Positions 18,719 through 29,017 are shown, numbered from the stretch's first letter. The stretch: 64,000 bases of DNA from Longimicrobiales bacterium (GCA_965116905.1 OZ220732.1:2336001-2400000), one strand, 5' to 3'. The notes: generated from the sequence alone by a model not told the origin. A program made the numbers and translations.

Positions 18719-20428
18719 ATGTCACGGCAGCGCGTGAAGTCGTTCGACGAATTGCAACAGCAGCGGATCGGCAGACCGCCGGCGGGTGGCGGTCACGAAC
18801 TGCGCGTCCGCGCCTCGGCCGCCCCGCACGCGGGCCGCACGCCACTCGGGCCTTGCCGGGACATCGTGCTGGAATGGCTGCGGACGAGCCTTCAGGAGGA
18901 CCTTCCGCGCAAGGCGTTGCGGCACCGGGGTTTCTCGCTCCGGGCCGGGACGACGGTGTGCAGGGGCGTCAGGGTGCGCGACGGCGACAGTGACCAGTGG
19001 GGGGTGATGATCGAGCGAAGCCCCGCCCCGGACCGCGAGGTCGCGACGGAGGTCGTCGTTTCGGGCCGGCCCGACCGGCCGGTCGTGATCGACGTCCGCG
19101 TCGTGGATCGGTCGGTGGTTCCCGGAGAGGTGGAGAGGGAATACCCCGCGGATCTGTTTGCTGCGCTGGCGGCCCGCATTCCCCTGCGGCAAGGCGGGCG
19201 CCGGCTTGCCCACGAGCCCGTGACGGTGGAGTCGGAACAGACGATGAGGGGCTTTCTGGCCCTGTTGCTGGAGTCGGATCGGAAGACGCCGTTTGCCGTC
19301 CTGACGCTGCCCTCCGAAGAGGCCAACCGTGCAGCCGTGACGGGCTATGCGCACACCCTCGCGCGGGCGGTCACGGGATTGGCGGTGGTGTGGGTGCTTC
19401 CGCCCGCAATGACGTTCCGGTTGACGGAGTCCGTGACGAGGCAGCTGTCAGTGTTCAACGGGGCCTGGCGACTCTATCTGCCGGGCTTCAGCACGGACTC
19501 TTCCAGGACCGACCACCCCCTGATCCTGTGGGACCGGATGAACGAGGAGGGTGGCGTGGCCCGAGCGACCGAGCGTTTCCTGCGCGTGTCGGCCGAGGCG
19601 AGCCAGAGGGCTGGCGGCGGCGATCAGGCCCCGAGCTACGCGGACCTGGAGCGCGAGGCCGCCCGCATCGCCGCGCGGCGGGGTGGTCTGATGTCGTTCC
19701 TGCGCAGATCGATCTGGCGTGGGCCGAACCGGGTTGCGGTCGTTCGCGAACCCGCGCCCGCGCCCTCTCCCGCTGCTGCGCCCGCGCCCCCTGTTGCGCC
19801 CGCGCCCGCCCACTCACCACAGTCGCCGGGACCGTCGCGCCGTCTCAGGGCGGCCAGAGAGACGGCCAGCGCCCGCGCGCGGCGGTATGAACGGGTCAAG
19901 AAGCGTGTCGCCACGGCCGAGAAGGAGCGGGACGAGGCCCTGAAGCGGGCCGAACAGCTCGCCGGCCTGGTGCGGGTCCTGGGCGGAGATCCGGACGCGG
20001 GGGTCCCGTTCCCCACAACCTGGACCGAATTCGCCGCCTGGTGCGACGAGAGCCTCAGCGGCCGCCTGACTCTCACCGGCGCGGCACGGCGCGAGCTCGA
20101 TGGCGCCCGCTTCGCGGATGTGGATCTGGCCGCCCGTTGCCTCAACTGGCTCGCGAACGAGTACCGGACTGGCCGGCTCAACGGCGGCAACGCCGACCTG
20201 CGCGGGCGGATCGAGGGCATCGACGGCGCCTTCAACGTGCCGTGCGGAAGCGACAGCTTCGAACACGTCTGGGACGGCCGGCGCCACACCGTGAGCTGGC
20301 ACATCAAGCGGGGCGCCAATACGCGCGACCCCCGCCGCTGTCTGCGCATCTACTACTTCTGGGACGAGCAGGCGCGTCAGGTGGTCGTCGCCTCGATGCC
20401 CGGGCACCGCAGGAACGCGCTATCCTAG
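18719..20428 (+). CDS. Conserved hypothetical protein: alpha/beta domain, Pro-Ala linker, coiled coil, possible RelE-like C-terminal domain
   Basis: GGAGG RBS, ATG 18719, 569 aa. C-terminus WHIKRG..RDPRRCLRIYYFWD..QVVV. Confidence 0.65.
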   Translation: MSRQRVKSFDELQQQRIGRPPAGGGHELRVRASAAPHAGRTPLGPCRDIVLEWLRTSLQEDLPRKALRHRGFSLRAGTTVCRGVRVRDGDSDQWGVMIERSPAPDREVATEVVVSGRPDRPVVIDVRVVDRSVVPGEVEREYPADLFAALAARIPLRQGGRRLAHEPVTVESEQTMRGFLALLLESDRKTPFAVLTLPSEEANRAAVTGYAHTLARAVTGLAVVWVLPPAMTFRLTESVTRQLSVFNGAWRLYLPGFSTDSSRTDHPLILWDRMNEEGGVARATERFLRVSAEASQRAGGGDQAPSYADLEREAARIAARRGGLMSFLRRSIWRGPNRVAVVREPAPAPSPAAAPAPPVAPAPAHSPQSPGPSRRLRAARETASARARRYERVKKRVATAEKERDEALKRAEQLAGLVRVLGGDPDAGVPFPTTWTEFAAWCDESLSGRLTLTGAARRELDGARFADVDLAARCLNWLANEYRTGRLNGGNADLRGRIEGIDGAFNVPCGSDSFEHVWDGRRHTVSWHIKRGANTRDPRRCLRIYYFWDEQARQVVVASMPGHRRNALS

Positions 20429-20434
20429 GCGAGT

Positions 20435-20475
20435 TCAGCGCCGTCCGCCCGGTCAGCGCTGTCCGCCCGGTCAGC
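20435..20475. repeat. 18-bp tandem repeat TCAGCGCYGTCCGCCCGG x2.3 between convergent genes
   Basis: Read directly; the last partial unit contains the S9 peptidase stop codon. Confidence 0.8.
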
Positions 20476-23335
20476 CCTTCCCTGCAGCCACCCGCTTCTT
20501 CTCCTCCTCCAGCGCCCCCAGCGCGACCCCGTCCGTGATCCATGCCGGAGCCGGCTCGCCCTTCAGGTAGTGCCCGAACCACTCCAGGATACGGCGGTGG
20601 TAGTCCTTCTGGTTGGCCTCCTGGCGGAAGCCGTGGTCCTCGCCCTCGTACACGAGCAGCACCATCTGCCTCTCGGCCCGGCGCGCGAAGTTGAAGAACT
20701 CGGTCCCCTGATCCCAGTCCACGACTCCGTCCTCGTTGCCGAACGCCATCAGCAGAGGCGTCTCCATGTTGTGCACCTCGTGGATGGGCGAGTTCCGCCG
20801 GTGCGCCTCCGGATCCTCCCAGAACGGCACTTCCATCCGCGCCTGTCCCGTCTCCCAGTGGCTCACCTCCGCGATCCCCGGGTTCCAGTGCAGCTGGCCC
20901 ATGAAGCTCACGAAGTCCGTGAGAGGCGCACCCGCCACCGAGGCCGCGAAGATATCCGTCCGCGTGGGCAGGAACGTCGCCTGGTAGCCGCCCCACGAAT
21001 GCCCGATCAGTCCGACGGCATCCGGGTCGGTCACGCCCATCTCGACGGCCCTTGCCACTGCCGCGCGCACCGACTCCAGCGCGCTCACTCCCGGGTCCCG
21101 CGCCCGATACACGATGTCGGGCAGCAACACCGCGTACCCGTGCTGGGTCCAGGCCGTGTAGTTGTAGTAGTCGCGCTCGCTGGGGACGCGAAAGAAGTGC
21201 ATTTGGGGGGAGAGCATCTCGTAGGTGTACACGATCGTGGGGACCGCGCGTCCCTCCGCGTGGTTGGCGGGACGAAGGAGTACGAACTGGAGGTCGCGGC
21301 CCGATTCGCTGACGAAGTCGACCAGCTCCGCCCGGCCCCACGCCACCTCGTCGATGAAGGGGTTGATTGCGGTCGCCTGGACCGGGTTTGCAAGGTCGGC
21401 GCCCGCGACGAAGAGGTCGGGCGGGTCGCCGAAGGACTGGGACGCGTACATCATCGTGGCGGTGCTGTCCGCACGGACGAGGCCGGCCAGGAACGCATCG
21501 TCCAGGAGCAGGGTCTCGGCGGTGCCGGAGTCCGACGTGCCCGTCCCGCCGCGCGCGTCTGCCCAGCCGTCCGTGAAGCGCGCGTAGCCGCGCTGTTCCG
21601 TCTTCTCGTCGTAGAGGGACAGGTACGGGCGCGAATCGGGGTCGAGGCCGGGCTCGTCGTCATCGTCGGCGACCCGTGCCACGCGATGCGCGATCCCGGT
21701 CTCGGCGCCCCGGGTCAGCCGCTCGCCGCCCGAGCCGTCCGGGGCGACCCGCCAGATGTCGTGCTTGCCGTAGAGCAGGACCGCGTCGTCGTCCTCCAGC
21801 CAGGCGCCCGGGCCGAAGCCGTGCGGCGGGATCACGTCGGTGGGCGTGTCGTAGTCGGTGTTGGCAAAGTTTTCCGCTAACCCTGACGTTACGTCATGCT
21901 CGGCGCCGGTGCGGATGTTGAGCGTGCGATAGGCGGAGCCGTCCCACGAGAGGAGCCACTCGCCCCCCGCGCTGGGCCACTCGTAGCGGATCCGGTTCAG
22001 AAGCCGCCGCCGCTCGCCGGTCCCCGTGTCGATCGCCCAGACATCGTGGTAGGGGCGGCCGAACATCGCGCCCCACGGATAGGGTTCGTCGATGTCTTCC
22101 AGCGCGGTCTCCCATCCGTGCAACAATTGCGCGTTCGCCATGAGGTCCGAGCCGAGCACCACCACGCGGTCGTCGTCGAGGTGCCAGACGGCCAGCAGGG
22201 TGCGGTTGCCGTCGCGGCTCTCGTTGACCTTCTGTTCCGGGAAGAGGCGAACGTCCTTCGTGTGCCAGATCTGCAGGTCAGGAAGGTCGGGCTCCTCTTC
22301 GGGGGAGCCCTCTTCCTCCCCTGCCGGGTTCTGTTGCGAGGCCTCCTCGGGCCGGTCCGCCTGCCCGTCGCCGGGATCGCCGCCCTCCTCCTCCTCCTCC
22401 TCCTCCTCCGACTCCGCGGGCCTCAGCCCCACGGAGATCATGCGGCCGTCGTCGGACCAGGAGGGCGCGCGGTGGTGCACGATCTCGAGGGTGTCGGGAA
22501 CGCCGGCGGTGTTCGAGCCGAGGACCGTCATCTCGATGCCGCTGTCCAGGTCGCGCCAGGCGAGCACGTCCCACGCGGTGCCGTCGGCCGAGGCGGCGTC
22601 GCGGGAGCGGAGCGCGGCGAGGTCGTCGGAATCGTCGCGCCAGCGGAGGCTCCGGTACGAGGACCCGGAGGCGTCGGCGGAGCGCAGCGTGCCGGTCTCG
22701 GCGTCATGAACCTGGACGCCGTTGCCCACGTCGGCGCCGGTGGCGACCGCGAGTGCCAGCAGGGACCCCGCCGGGCTCCAGGCCATCTCGCTCACGTTCC
22801 CGAAGGTGGTCTCGGCACCCGTTCCCAGCGTGACGATGCGCACGTCCGCGCCCTTGCCTGCCGGCTCTTCGGGCGCTTGGCCGCGGAGCGCGATGAAGCG
22901 GCCGGAGGCGTCGAAGCGGCGCTCCGAGACGGCCTCGAAGTCGCGGGTCTCGCCGGTTTGCAGGTCCATCACCGTCGCCTTGTCGCGCACGGGTTCGTCC
23001 TGCTCCTGGAGCCTCTCGCGTTCCTCCGGAGGCAGACCGACCGTCCAGGCCAGCCAGCGGCCGTCGGGCGAGAAGGCGGGGGCCGATCCCCATGGGAAGA
23101 CGCGGGTGGAGTCGTCGGCCAGCCTGCGGACGCGAAGTTCCGAGGTCTCGTCCACGCGGGTGACCACGTACGCGACCCAGTCACCGAACGGAGAAAGGGC
23201 GTCCGCGCCAAGGCGTTCCCAGCGCCCGTAGTCGTCCGGGGTGACCAGGGGAAGATCCTGGGAGGAGGCGGCAGCGGGAATGGAGAGCAGGGCGGCGGCC
23301 GCCAACAGGGCCGTGAGGTGCGGGCGAGCGTACAT
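20471..23335 (-). CDS. Peptidase S9 prolyl oligopeptidase family, secreted
   Basis: GHSWGG nucleophile, EDGVV Asp, EDHG His; N-terminal propeller; signal peptide. Alternative start 23356. Confidence 0.92.
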   Translation of the reverse strand: MYARPHLTALLAAAALLSIPAAASSQDLPLVTPDDYGRWERLGADALSPFGDWVAYVVTRVDETSELRVRRLADDSTRVFPWGSAPAFSPDGRWLAWTVGLPPEERERLQEQDEPVRDKATVMDLQTGETRDFEAVSERRFDASGRFIALRGQAPEEPAGKGADVRIVTLGTGAETTFGNVSEMAWSPAGSLLALAVATGADVGNGVQVHDAETGTLRSADASGSSYRSLRWRDDSDDLAALRSRDAASADGTAWDVLAWRDLDSGIEMTVLGSNTAGVPDTLEIVHHRAPSWSDDGRMISVGLRPAESEEEEEEEEGGDPGDGQADRPEEASQQNPAGEEEGSPEEEPDLPDLQIWHTKDVRLFPEQKVNESRDGNRTLLAVWHLDDDRVVVLGSDLMANAQLLHGWETALEDIDEPYPWGAMFGRPYHDVWAIDTGTGERRRLLNRIRYEWPSAGGEWLLSWDGSAYRTLNIRTGAEHDVTSGLAENFANTDYDTPTDVIPPHGFGPGAWLEDDDAVLLYGKHDIWRVAPDGSGGERLTRGAETGIAHRVARVADDDDEPGLDPDSRPYLSLYDEKTEQRGYARFTDGWADARGGTGTSDSGTAETLLLDDAFLAGLVRADSTATMMYASQSFGDPPDLFVAGADLANPVQATAINPFIDEVAWGRAELVDFVSESGRDLQFVLLRPANHAEGRAVPTIVYTYEMLSPQMHFFRVPSERDYYNYTAWTQHGYAVLLPDIVYRARDPGVSALESVRAAVARAVEMGVTDPDAVGLIGHSWGGYQATFLPTRTDIFAASVAGAPLTDFVSFMGQLHWNPGIAEVSHWETGQARMEVPFWEDPEAHRRNSPIHEVHNMETPLLMAFGNEDGVVDWDQGTEFFNFARRAERQMVLLVYEGEDHGFRQEANQKDYHRRILEWFGHYLKGEPAPAWITDGVALGALEEEKKRVAAGKG

Positions 23336-23430
23336 GAGAACTCCCGGGAAGTGCATCGTGATTCATGGTGTGCGTGGGCCCAAGCATCACTGCGGGGCCG
23401 CCGCGGTGCAAACCCGCTAACTTCCGCACC

Positions 23431-24225
23431 ATGTACGAACGCATCGTCTGTCTGACGGAAGAGCCGACCGAGATCCTCTACCGCCTGGGCGAGGACCGGC
23501 GCATCGTGGGCATTTCCGGGTTCACCGTGCGGCCCGCCCGCGCGCGCAAGGAGAAGCCGAAGGTGTCGGCGTTCACCTCGGCGAAGATCGACCGGATTCT
23601 GGCACTGGAGCCGGATCTGGTCTTCGGCTTCTCGGACATCCAGGCGGACATCGCGGCCGACCTGATTCGCAGCGGCGTCGAGGTTCACATCTTCAACCAC
23701 CGGTCGGTGGCGGAGATCCTGCGGACGGTCCGGGCCATCGCGGGGCTGGTGGGGTGTCCGGAGAAAGGCGAGCGGCTGGCGGACGAACTGCAGGCGGGTC
23801 TGGACCGGGTGGCCGAACGTGCGGCCGGGCGGTCGGCGGCTGCGGCGCGGCGCCCACGCGTCTACTTCGAGGAGTGGTACGACCCGCTGATCTCGGGGAT
23901 CCGCTGGGTATCGGAGCTGATCGAGCTGGCGGGCGGCGAGGACTGCTTTCCGGAGTTCCGCGAGTGCGGGCTGGCGAAGGACCGGATCATCGCGGACCCC
24001 GGCGAGGTCGTGCGGCGAGAGCCCGATGTGATTATCGGCTCGTGGTGCGGGCGCAAATTCCGGCCCGAAAGGGTGGCGGCGCGCGAGGGGTGGGATGCCA
24101 TTCCGGCCGTGGCGGAGGGACACATCCACGAGATCAAGTCGGCGCTGATCCTGCAGCCGGGTCCGGCCGCGCTCACGGACGGGCTGGAGGCGTTGGCGGA
24201 GATCATCGGGGGGTGGCGGGGGTAG
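23431..24225 (+). CDS. Cobalamin/Fe-siderophore-type helical-backbone binding protein (BtuF-like, no signal peptide)
   Basis: RIVCLTEEPTEILY, RPRVYFEEW, ILQPGPAAL motifs. Confidence 0.85.
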   Translation: MYERIVCLTEEPTEILYRLGEDRRIVGISGFTVRPARARKEKPKVSAFTSAKIDRILALEPDLVFGFSDIQADIAADLIRSGVEVHIFNHRSVAEILRTVRAIAGLVGCPEKGERLADELQAGLDRVAERAAGRSAAAARRPRVYFEEWYDPLISGIRWVSELIELAGGEDCFPEFRECGLAKDRIIADPGEVVRREPDVIIGSWCGRKFRPERVAAREGWDAIPAVAEGHIHEIKSALILQPGPAALTDGLEALAEIIGGWRG

Positions 24226-24537
24226 CGTCCGCTCCTCTCTCTGGCTTGCGACCACTCTCACGGCCCCGTATTGTGTACAAATCGGTACCCAGTCCGGTCG
24301 CGTTGTGAAGGTTCGCCGCTTCTGACCGGGTGACCGACCCCGACTTGACGGTCATGTCAGTCGGTTCTCGCGGTACCGGGAAGGACGCAGGATGGGAGGG
24401 CTGGAGCGCTTGCGGTCGCTTGACTCCGTGCCCGACGTGCGCCCAGTGCCTGCGACTCCGCTCTGTCTCCGCCTCTTGCGGCCCGAATCCGGATCAGCCG
24501 GATCAGCCGTCCGCCCACTCTCTTTCCGGAGGTGCAC

Positions 24538-27500
24538 ATGGGCATGCCACGTATGAACCGCAGGTTCGCCATCCTTCTCACATTCAACCTGCTCCCGATC
24601 GTGGCCCTCGCGGCCGCGCCGACAGATGCGCGGGCCCAGGGCGGGACGATCACGGGCCAGGTGACCGACGCCGGAACCGGGGCCCCGGTCGAGCTGGCCC
24701 AGGTGACGGTGGAGGGCACCAGGATCTCGGTTTCGACCACCGCCCAGGGGCGCTACCTCGTGACCGGCGTATCGGCCGGTGTCCGCACAGTGACCGTGCA
24801 GCGCCTCGGGTACTCCGACGCTTCCCAGGAGGTCACGGTCCCGGAGGGCGGCGCCGTCAGCCTGGACTTCGCGTTGACCACCGCCCCCGTGAACCTCAGC
24901 GGGATCGTGGTGACAACCACCGGCGAGCAGCAGAAGATGAGCATTGCGAACGTGATCGCGACGATCGGGGCCGACTCGATCGTCACGAGCGCGCCGATCA
25001 CGAACGTGACCGATCTGCTGCAGGGCCGCGTTCCGGGCGTGATGACCTTCAGCAACGCCGGGATGACCGGCTCGTCGGCCCGTGTCCGCATCCGGGGCTT
25101 CAACAGCCTGTCCCAGGACAACACGCCCCTCATGATCATCGACGGGGTGCGCGTGGAGAACACGACCGGGGGCGGCAGCCGGATCGGACCGGGACAATTC
25201 AGTTCCGGCTGGACGGCCGGCGCGGTCACCGACCTGAACCCCGAAGAGATCGAGTCCATCGACATCGTCAAGGGACCCTCGGCCGCGACGCTGTACGGGA
25301 CGGACGGGGCCAACGGCGTGATCCTCATCCGCACCAAGCGAGGCCAGCCCGGCGAAGCCAGGTGGAGCGTCTACACCGAGGGAGGCGTGATCCAGCAGGC
25401 CGCCGACGTGCACCAGGGCTACTACGCATGGGGTCGGAACGCCGATGGCGCGAGCATACGCTGCGAAAACCGCGTGCGTGTGGTGGGCGGCTGCACGTTG
25501 GACAGCCTCACCACATGGAGCGCGTTCCGTGACTCCCCGTCGGCTCCTCTGGGGCTCGGGCACCGCGAGCAGCTGGGGGTCCAGGTATCGGGCGGGGTCG
25601 AGCGATTCCGGTACTTCTTTGCCACCGAGCTCGAGAACGAGACGGGATACCTCGAGCTATCCGAATCGGAGATTGCGCGGAAACAGGAGGAGCGCGGCGG
25701 CGTCGAGATTCCCAGCTGGCAGAGACGCCCGAACTACTTGAAGCGAATGACGATGCGCGGAAATGTCACGGCGCGTCTCAACGAGACCGCGGACATCAAC
25801 ATCTCAACCGGGGTGACCCTGCAGGAAAGCCAGATCCCGAGCAACGGCGTCTTCTGGAGAGGCAGCTGGGGACCTGGCTACAATGACGACAACGAGGGGT
25901 GGTGGCTTGGTGACCGTCCCGGGGACCTCTTTGCAACCCGGGCCGGGTCCAACATCACCCGCTTTACGACCGGCATCAACGGGAACTGGATTCCGCGGCC
26001 GTGGCTGACGTTCCGCGGCACGGTCGGCCTCGACCACTCGGCTCAGTTCTCCAACAACCTGCTCCGGCGGGGCGAAGACACGTCGGGTGCTCTCAACACG
26101 GGCTTCCGCAACCACATTCGTTCCGACATCGCACTCTATACCGTCGACCTGGGGTCCACCGCCGAGTTCGACATCAATCCGACGGTCAAATCGAGAACGT
26201 CCTTCGGGGTCCAGTACAACCGCCGCCACCAGGGGGTGGCCCAGGCATACGGTTCGGATCTGCCGCCCGGGGCCCAGACCGTGAACGGCGCCGCCAACTA
26301 CCGGGCGTCCGAGTCCAATGTTCAATCGGTGGTGGCGGGTACGTACGTGGAACAGAACTTCGACCTGGACGGCCGCTTCTTCCTCACTGCCGCGATGCGG
26401 GCCGACGGTGCCAGCAACTTCGGCAGGGACTTCAAGACGGCCTGGTACCCCAAGGGAGGCTTCTCCTGGCTGATCTCGGAGGAAGGCTTCTTCCCTCGGG
26501 GCTCCTTCATCAACAGCCTCCGGTATCGGTTCGCGTACGGCGCTTCCGGCGTCCAGCCGCAGGCGACCGACGCACTGGCCGCCGTCAACTTCGGCAGTGT
26601 CTTCGTGAACGGTCAGTCGCGGACGGGGGCGTCGCTGAACGCGCTCGGCAATCCCGACCTCGGGCCCGAACGCGTGACCGAGTACGAAACCGGGTTCGAC
26701 ATGGAGCTCCTCGATGGCCGGGTGCAGTGGGAAGCCACCGCCTATTATCGCAAGAGCGTGGATGCGCTGGTGCGGCGGGCGATGCCGCGGTCCATCGGCA
26801 TTACCGGCACCGGGCAGCTGGACAATGTGGGTTCGGTGCGGAACATGGGAATCGAGGCCGACGTGCAGGCCGAGGTCTTCAGTCTGGCCGGGGCCACGTT
26901 CAGCATGAACGTCAATGGTTCCCTGAACTCCAACGTGCTCCTCGAACTCGCCGAGGGACTCCGTCCGCCGGAAGATCGCTTCATCAAGTTCGTAGAGGGC
27001 TGGCCGCTCTACGGACAGTGGGATCGGCCGGTACTGGGCTGGAACGACGACAACGGCGATGGCGTCCTGCAGGCCGACGAAGTCCAGGTGGGCGATTCCA
27101 TCATCTTCATCGGCAACACGAACCCGACCAGGATGCTCAACTTCACGCCGACGATCTCGCTGTTGGGCGGAAGACTTTACCTGAGTTCGCTCTTCGTGTA
27201 CCGGGGCGGCTGGGTGCAGACGAATTTCAGCGAGCTCAACAAATGCAACTTCGGCAGCTGCCGGGCGCGTAACGATCCGGACGCCCCGCTTCACTTGCAG
27301 GCGCAGTACATCGCCTTCACGAAGCCCGGTCTGACCTACGCCGGATACCAGGAAGACGGGACCTTCACGAGGTGGGCGGAAGCGCTGGTGTCGTACACCT
27401 TCCGGCCGGGCTCCCTCCAGCCGCTCGGCCTCGGAGCCAGCAGCGCCACGGTATCGCTCAGTGCCAGAAACCTGATGCTGTGGACGGACTACACCGGTCC

Positions 27501-27627
27501 GGACCCGGAGGTGACGGCGAACCCGTCGCTCAGCGGAAACTTCGGGACCCGCTGGGACCTGGGCTACGACAACCCCACGGCACCGCCGGCGCGTTACGTC
27601 ATCGTGCGCGTGAAACTCAACTTCTAG
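24538..27627 (+). CDS. SusC/RagA family TonB-dependent outer membrane transporter
   Basis: Carboxypeptidase-regulatory-like N-domain, plug (RIRG, PLMIIDGV, IESIDIVKGPSAATLYG..GANGVILIRTKRG), NPDLGPE, terminal Phe. Start 24538 or 24544. Confidence 0.93.
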   Translation: MGMPRMNRRFAILLTFNLLPIVALAAAPTDARAQGGTITGQVTDAGTGAPVELAQVTVEGTRISVSTTAQGRYLVTGVSAGVRTVTVQRLGYSDASQEVTVPEGGAVSLDFALTTAPVNLSGIVVTTTGEQQKMSIANVIATIGADSIVTSAPITNVTDLLQGRVPGVMTFSNAGMTGSSARVRIRGFNSLSQDNTPLMIIDGVRVENTTGGGSRIGPGQFSSGWTAGAVTDLNPEEIESIDIVKGPSAATLYGTDGANGVILIRTKRGQPGEARWSVYTEGGVIQQAADVHQGYYAWGRNADGASIRCENRVRVVGGCTLDSLTTWSAFRDSPSAPLGLGHREQLGVQVSGGVERFRYFFATELENETGYLELSESEIARKQEERGGVEIPSWQRRPNYLKRMTMRGNVTARLNETADINISTGVTLQESQIPSNGVFWRGSWGPGYNDDNEGWWLGDRPGDLFATRAGSNITRFTTGINGNWIPRPWLTFRGTVGLDHSAQFSNNLLRRGEDTSGALNTGFRNHIRSDIALYTVDLGSTAEFDINPTVKSRTSFGVQYNRRHQGVAQAYGSDLPPGAQTVNGAANYRASESNVQSVVAGTYVEQNFDLDGRFFLTAAMRADGASNFGRDFKTAWYPKGGFSWLISEEGFFPRGSFINSLRYRFAYGASGVQPQATDALAAVNFGSVFVNGQSRTGASLNALGNPDLGPERVTEYETGFDMELLDGRVQWEATAYYRKSVDALVRRAMPRSIGITGTGQLDNVGSVRNMGIEADVQAEVFSLAGATFSMNVNGSLNSNVLLELAEGLRPPEDRFIKFVEGWPLYGQWDRPVLGWNDDNGDGVLQADEVQVGDSIIFIGNTNPTRMLNFTPTISLLGGRLYLSSLFVYRGGWVQTNFSELNKCNFGSCRARNDPDAPLHLQAQYIAFTKPGLTYAGYQEDGTFTRWAEALVSYTFRPGSLQPLGLGASSATVSLSARNLMLWTDYTGPDPEVTANPSLSGNFGTRWDLGYDNPTAPPARYVIVRVKLNF

Positions 27628-27640
27628 GAAGGAGGAACCC

Positions 27641-28930
27641 ATGTTTACGGACAACAATAAATCACGCCTCCTTGTGGCCGCCGCCGGCGTGCTCCTGATC
27701 GGTTGCGACGCGCTCACGGAAGTCGATGCGCCGGATGTCGTGCAGCCGCAGGATGTCGACAACGCGGAGGGTGCCGCGTCGTTCGGTGCCGCCGCGCTCA
27801 ACAACCTCTATGGGCAATTCGCCAGCATGACATCGACTACCGGTCGATTCTCGGACGAGTTCTACCTCTCCGATTCCTTCAACGCCTTTGCAGCAGTCGA
27901 CTACCGGGAGCAGGCCGTTACCTACACCGAGTGGGGACCGGTTGGGCTGGGCCGGGGACGAACCTTCGCGCAGCTGGGCATCGACCTGTACCTCGAGCAC
28001 GCGCCGGAGGAGCGCGCCGAGATCGGGCAGCTCTACGCCGTACGCGGCTTCGCGGCGCTGCTCCTGGGAGAGGTCAACTGCAACGGAACCCCGCTCAGCG
28101 AGGTGGTCGACCTGAAGCCGGTCTACGGCGGACCGATCACCAGCGACAGCATGACGATGCGGGCCGTGGCAGAGCTTGACGCCGCGCTCGAATACGCGGC
28201 CGCGGACGAGCGCATCCTGAATCTCGTTCGCGTGGCCCGCGGCCGGGCGCTCACAAACCTGGGCCGTTTCAGCGAGGCCGCTTCGGCGGTTGCGGGCGTG
28301 CCTACGGACTACGTCTACCACGCCGAACTGTCCGCGGCCGGAGCCGGGCTCCAGAATCCCATCTTCAACACGAACAGCATGACGGACGTGTGGGGTGCCG
28401 TCACCGTTGCGGACGGCGAGGGGACCAACGGGCTCGACTTCGTGAGCGCCAATGATCCACGCGTTCCGACCGAGTTGCTCGGGACGGGCAGGGACGGCGA
28501 GACGGAGCACTACTACTACAAGAAGTTCACGGACCGGTATGACCCGATCGTATTGGCCTCCGGAATCGAGGCGCGGCTCATCGAAGCCGAGGCGGACCTG
28601 AAGGCCGGCGGCGGCAGGTGGCTGTCGATCCTCAACGACCTGCGGGCGGTCGCGATCGATCCGCCTCTGGAGCCGCTGATGGATCCGGGATCGCCCGACG
28701 CCCGGGTGGATCTCGTGTTCCGTGAGCGCGCGTTCTGGCTCTTCGCCACGGGTCACAGGATGGGCGACCTGAGGCGGCTTCTGCGCCAGTACGGGCGGTC
28801 CCAGAACGACACGCATCCGGTGGGGCACTACAAGGGACCGCAGAGCTACGGGACCGACGTGGTGTTCATCCTGACGCTTTCGGAGCAGTCGAATCCGGAG
28901 GGGTTTGTCTGCCTGGACAGAAACCCGTAG
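27641..28930 (+). CDS. SusD/RagB-like lipoprotein
   Basis: LLIGC lipobox, EARLIEAEA, ERAFWLFATGHRMGDLRR; directly after SusC with AGGAGG RBS. Confidence 0.88.
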   Translation: MFTDNNKSRLLVAAAGVLLIGCDALTEVDAPDVVQPQDVDNAEGAASFGAAALNNLYGQFASMTSTTGRFSDEFYLSDSFNAFAAVDYREQAVTYTEWGPVGLGRGRTFAQLGIDLYLEHAPEERAEIGQLYAVRGFAALLLGEVNCNGTPLSEVVDLKPVYGGPITSDSMTMRAVAELDAALEYAAADERILNLVRVARGRALTNLGRFSEAASAVAGVPTDYVYHAELSAAGAGLQNPIFNTNSMTDVWGAVTVADGEGTNGLDFVSANDPRVPTELLGTGRDGETEHYYYKKFTDRYDPIVLASGIEARLIEAEADLKAGGGRWLSILNDLRAVAIDPPLEPLMDPGSPDARVDLVFRERAFWLFATGHRMGDLRRLLRQYGRSQNDTHPVGHYKGPQSYGTDVVFILTLSEQSNPEGFVCLDRNP

Positions 28931-28937
28931 GGCGGCG

Positions 28938-28978
28938 GGCAACGAGGGCAGGGGGTTCGCGCTCCTGCCCTCCTTGCC
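28938..28978 (+). terminator. GC-rich hairpin after susD (possible terminator or stabilising stem)
   Basis: GGCAAcGAGGGCAGGGGG-ttcg-CGCTCCTGCCCTCcTTGCC; no strong U-tract. Confidence 0.5.
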
Positions 28979-29017
28979 GCTCTCGGGGGGCGTTGCAGTT
29001 CCTCCCGATACGCAGTT

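Noticed and set aside
22384..22410. (CTC)n microsatellite as a phase-variation switch (also about 12870-12900)
   Set aside because: In-frame triplets encoding acidic linkers; length change would not shift the frame.
23336..24537. Cobalamin riboswitch around the BtuF-like gene or susC
   Set aside because: Only a GGGAAG fragment was seen; the conserved B12-box elements were not found by eye.
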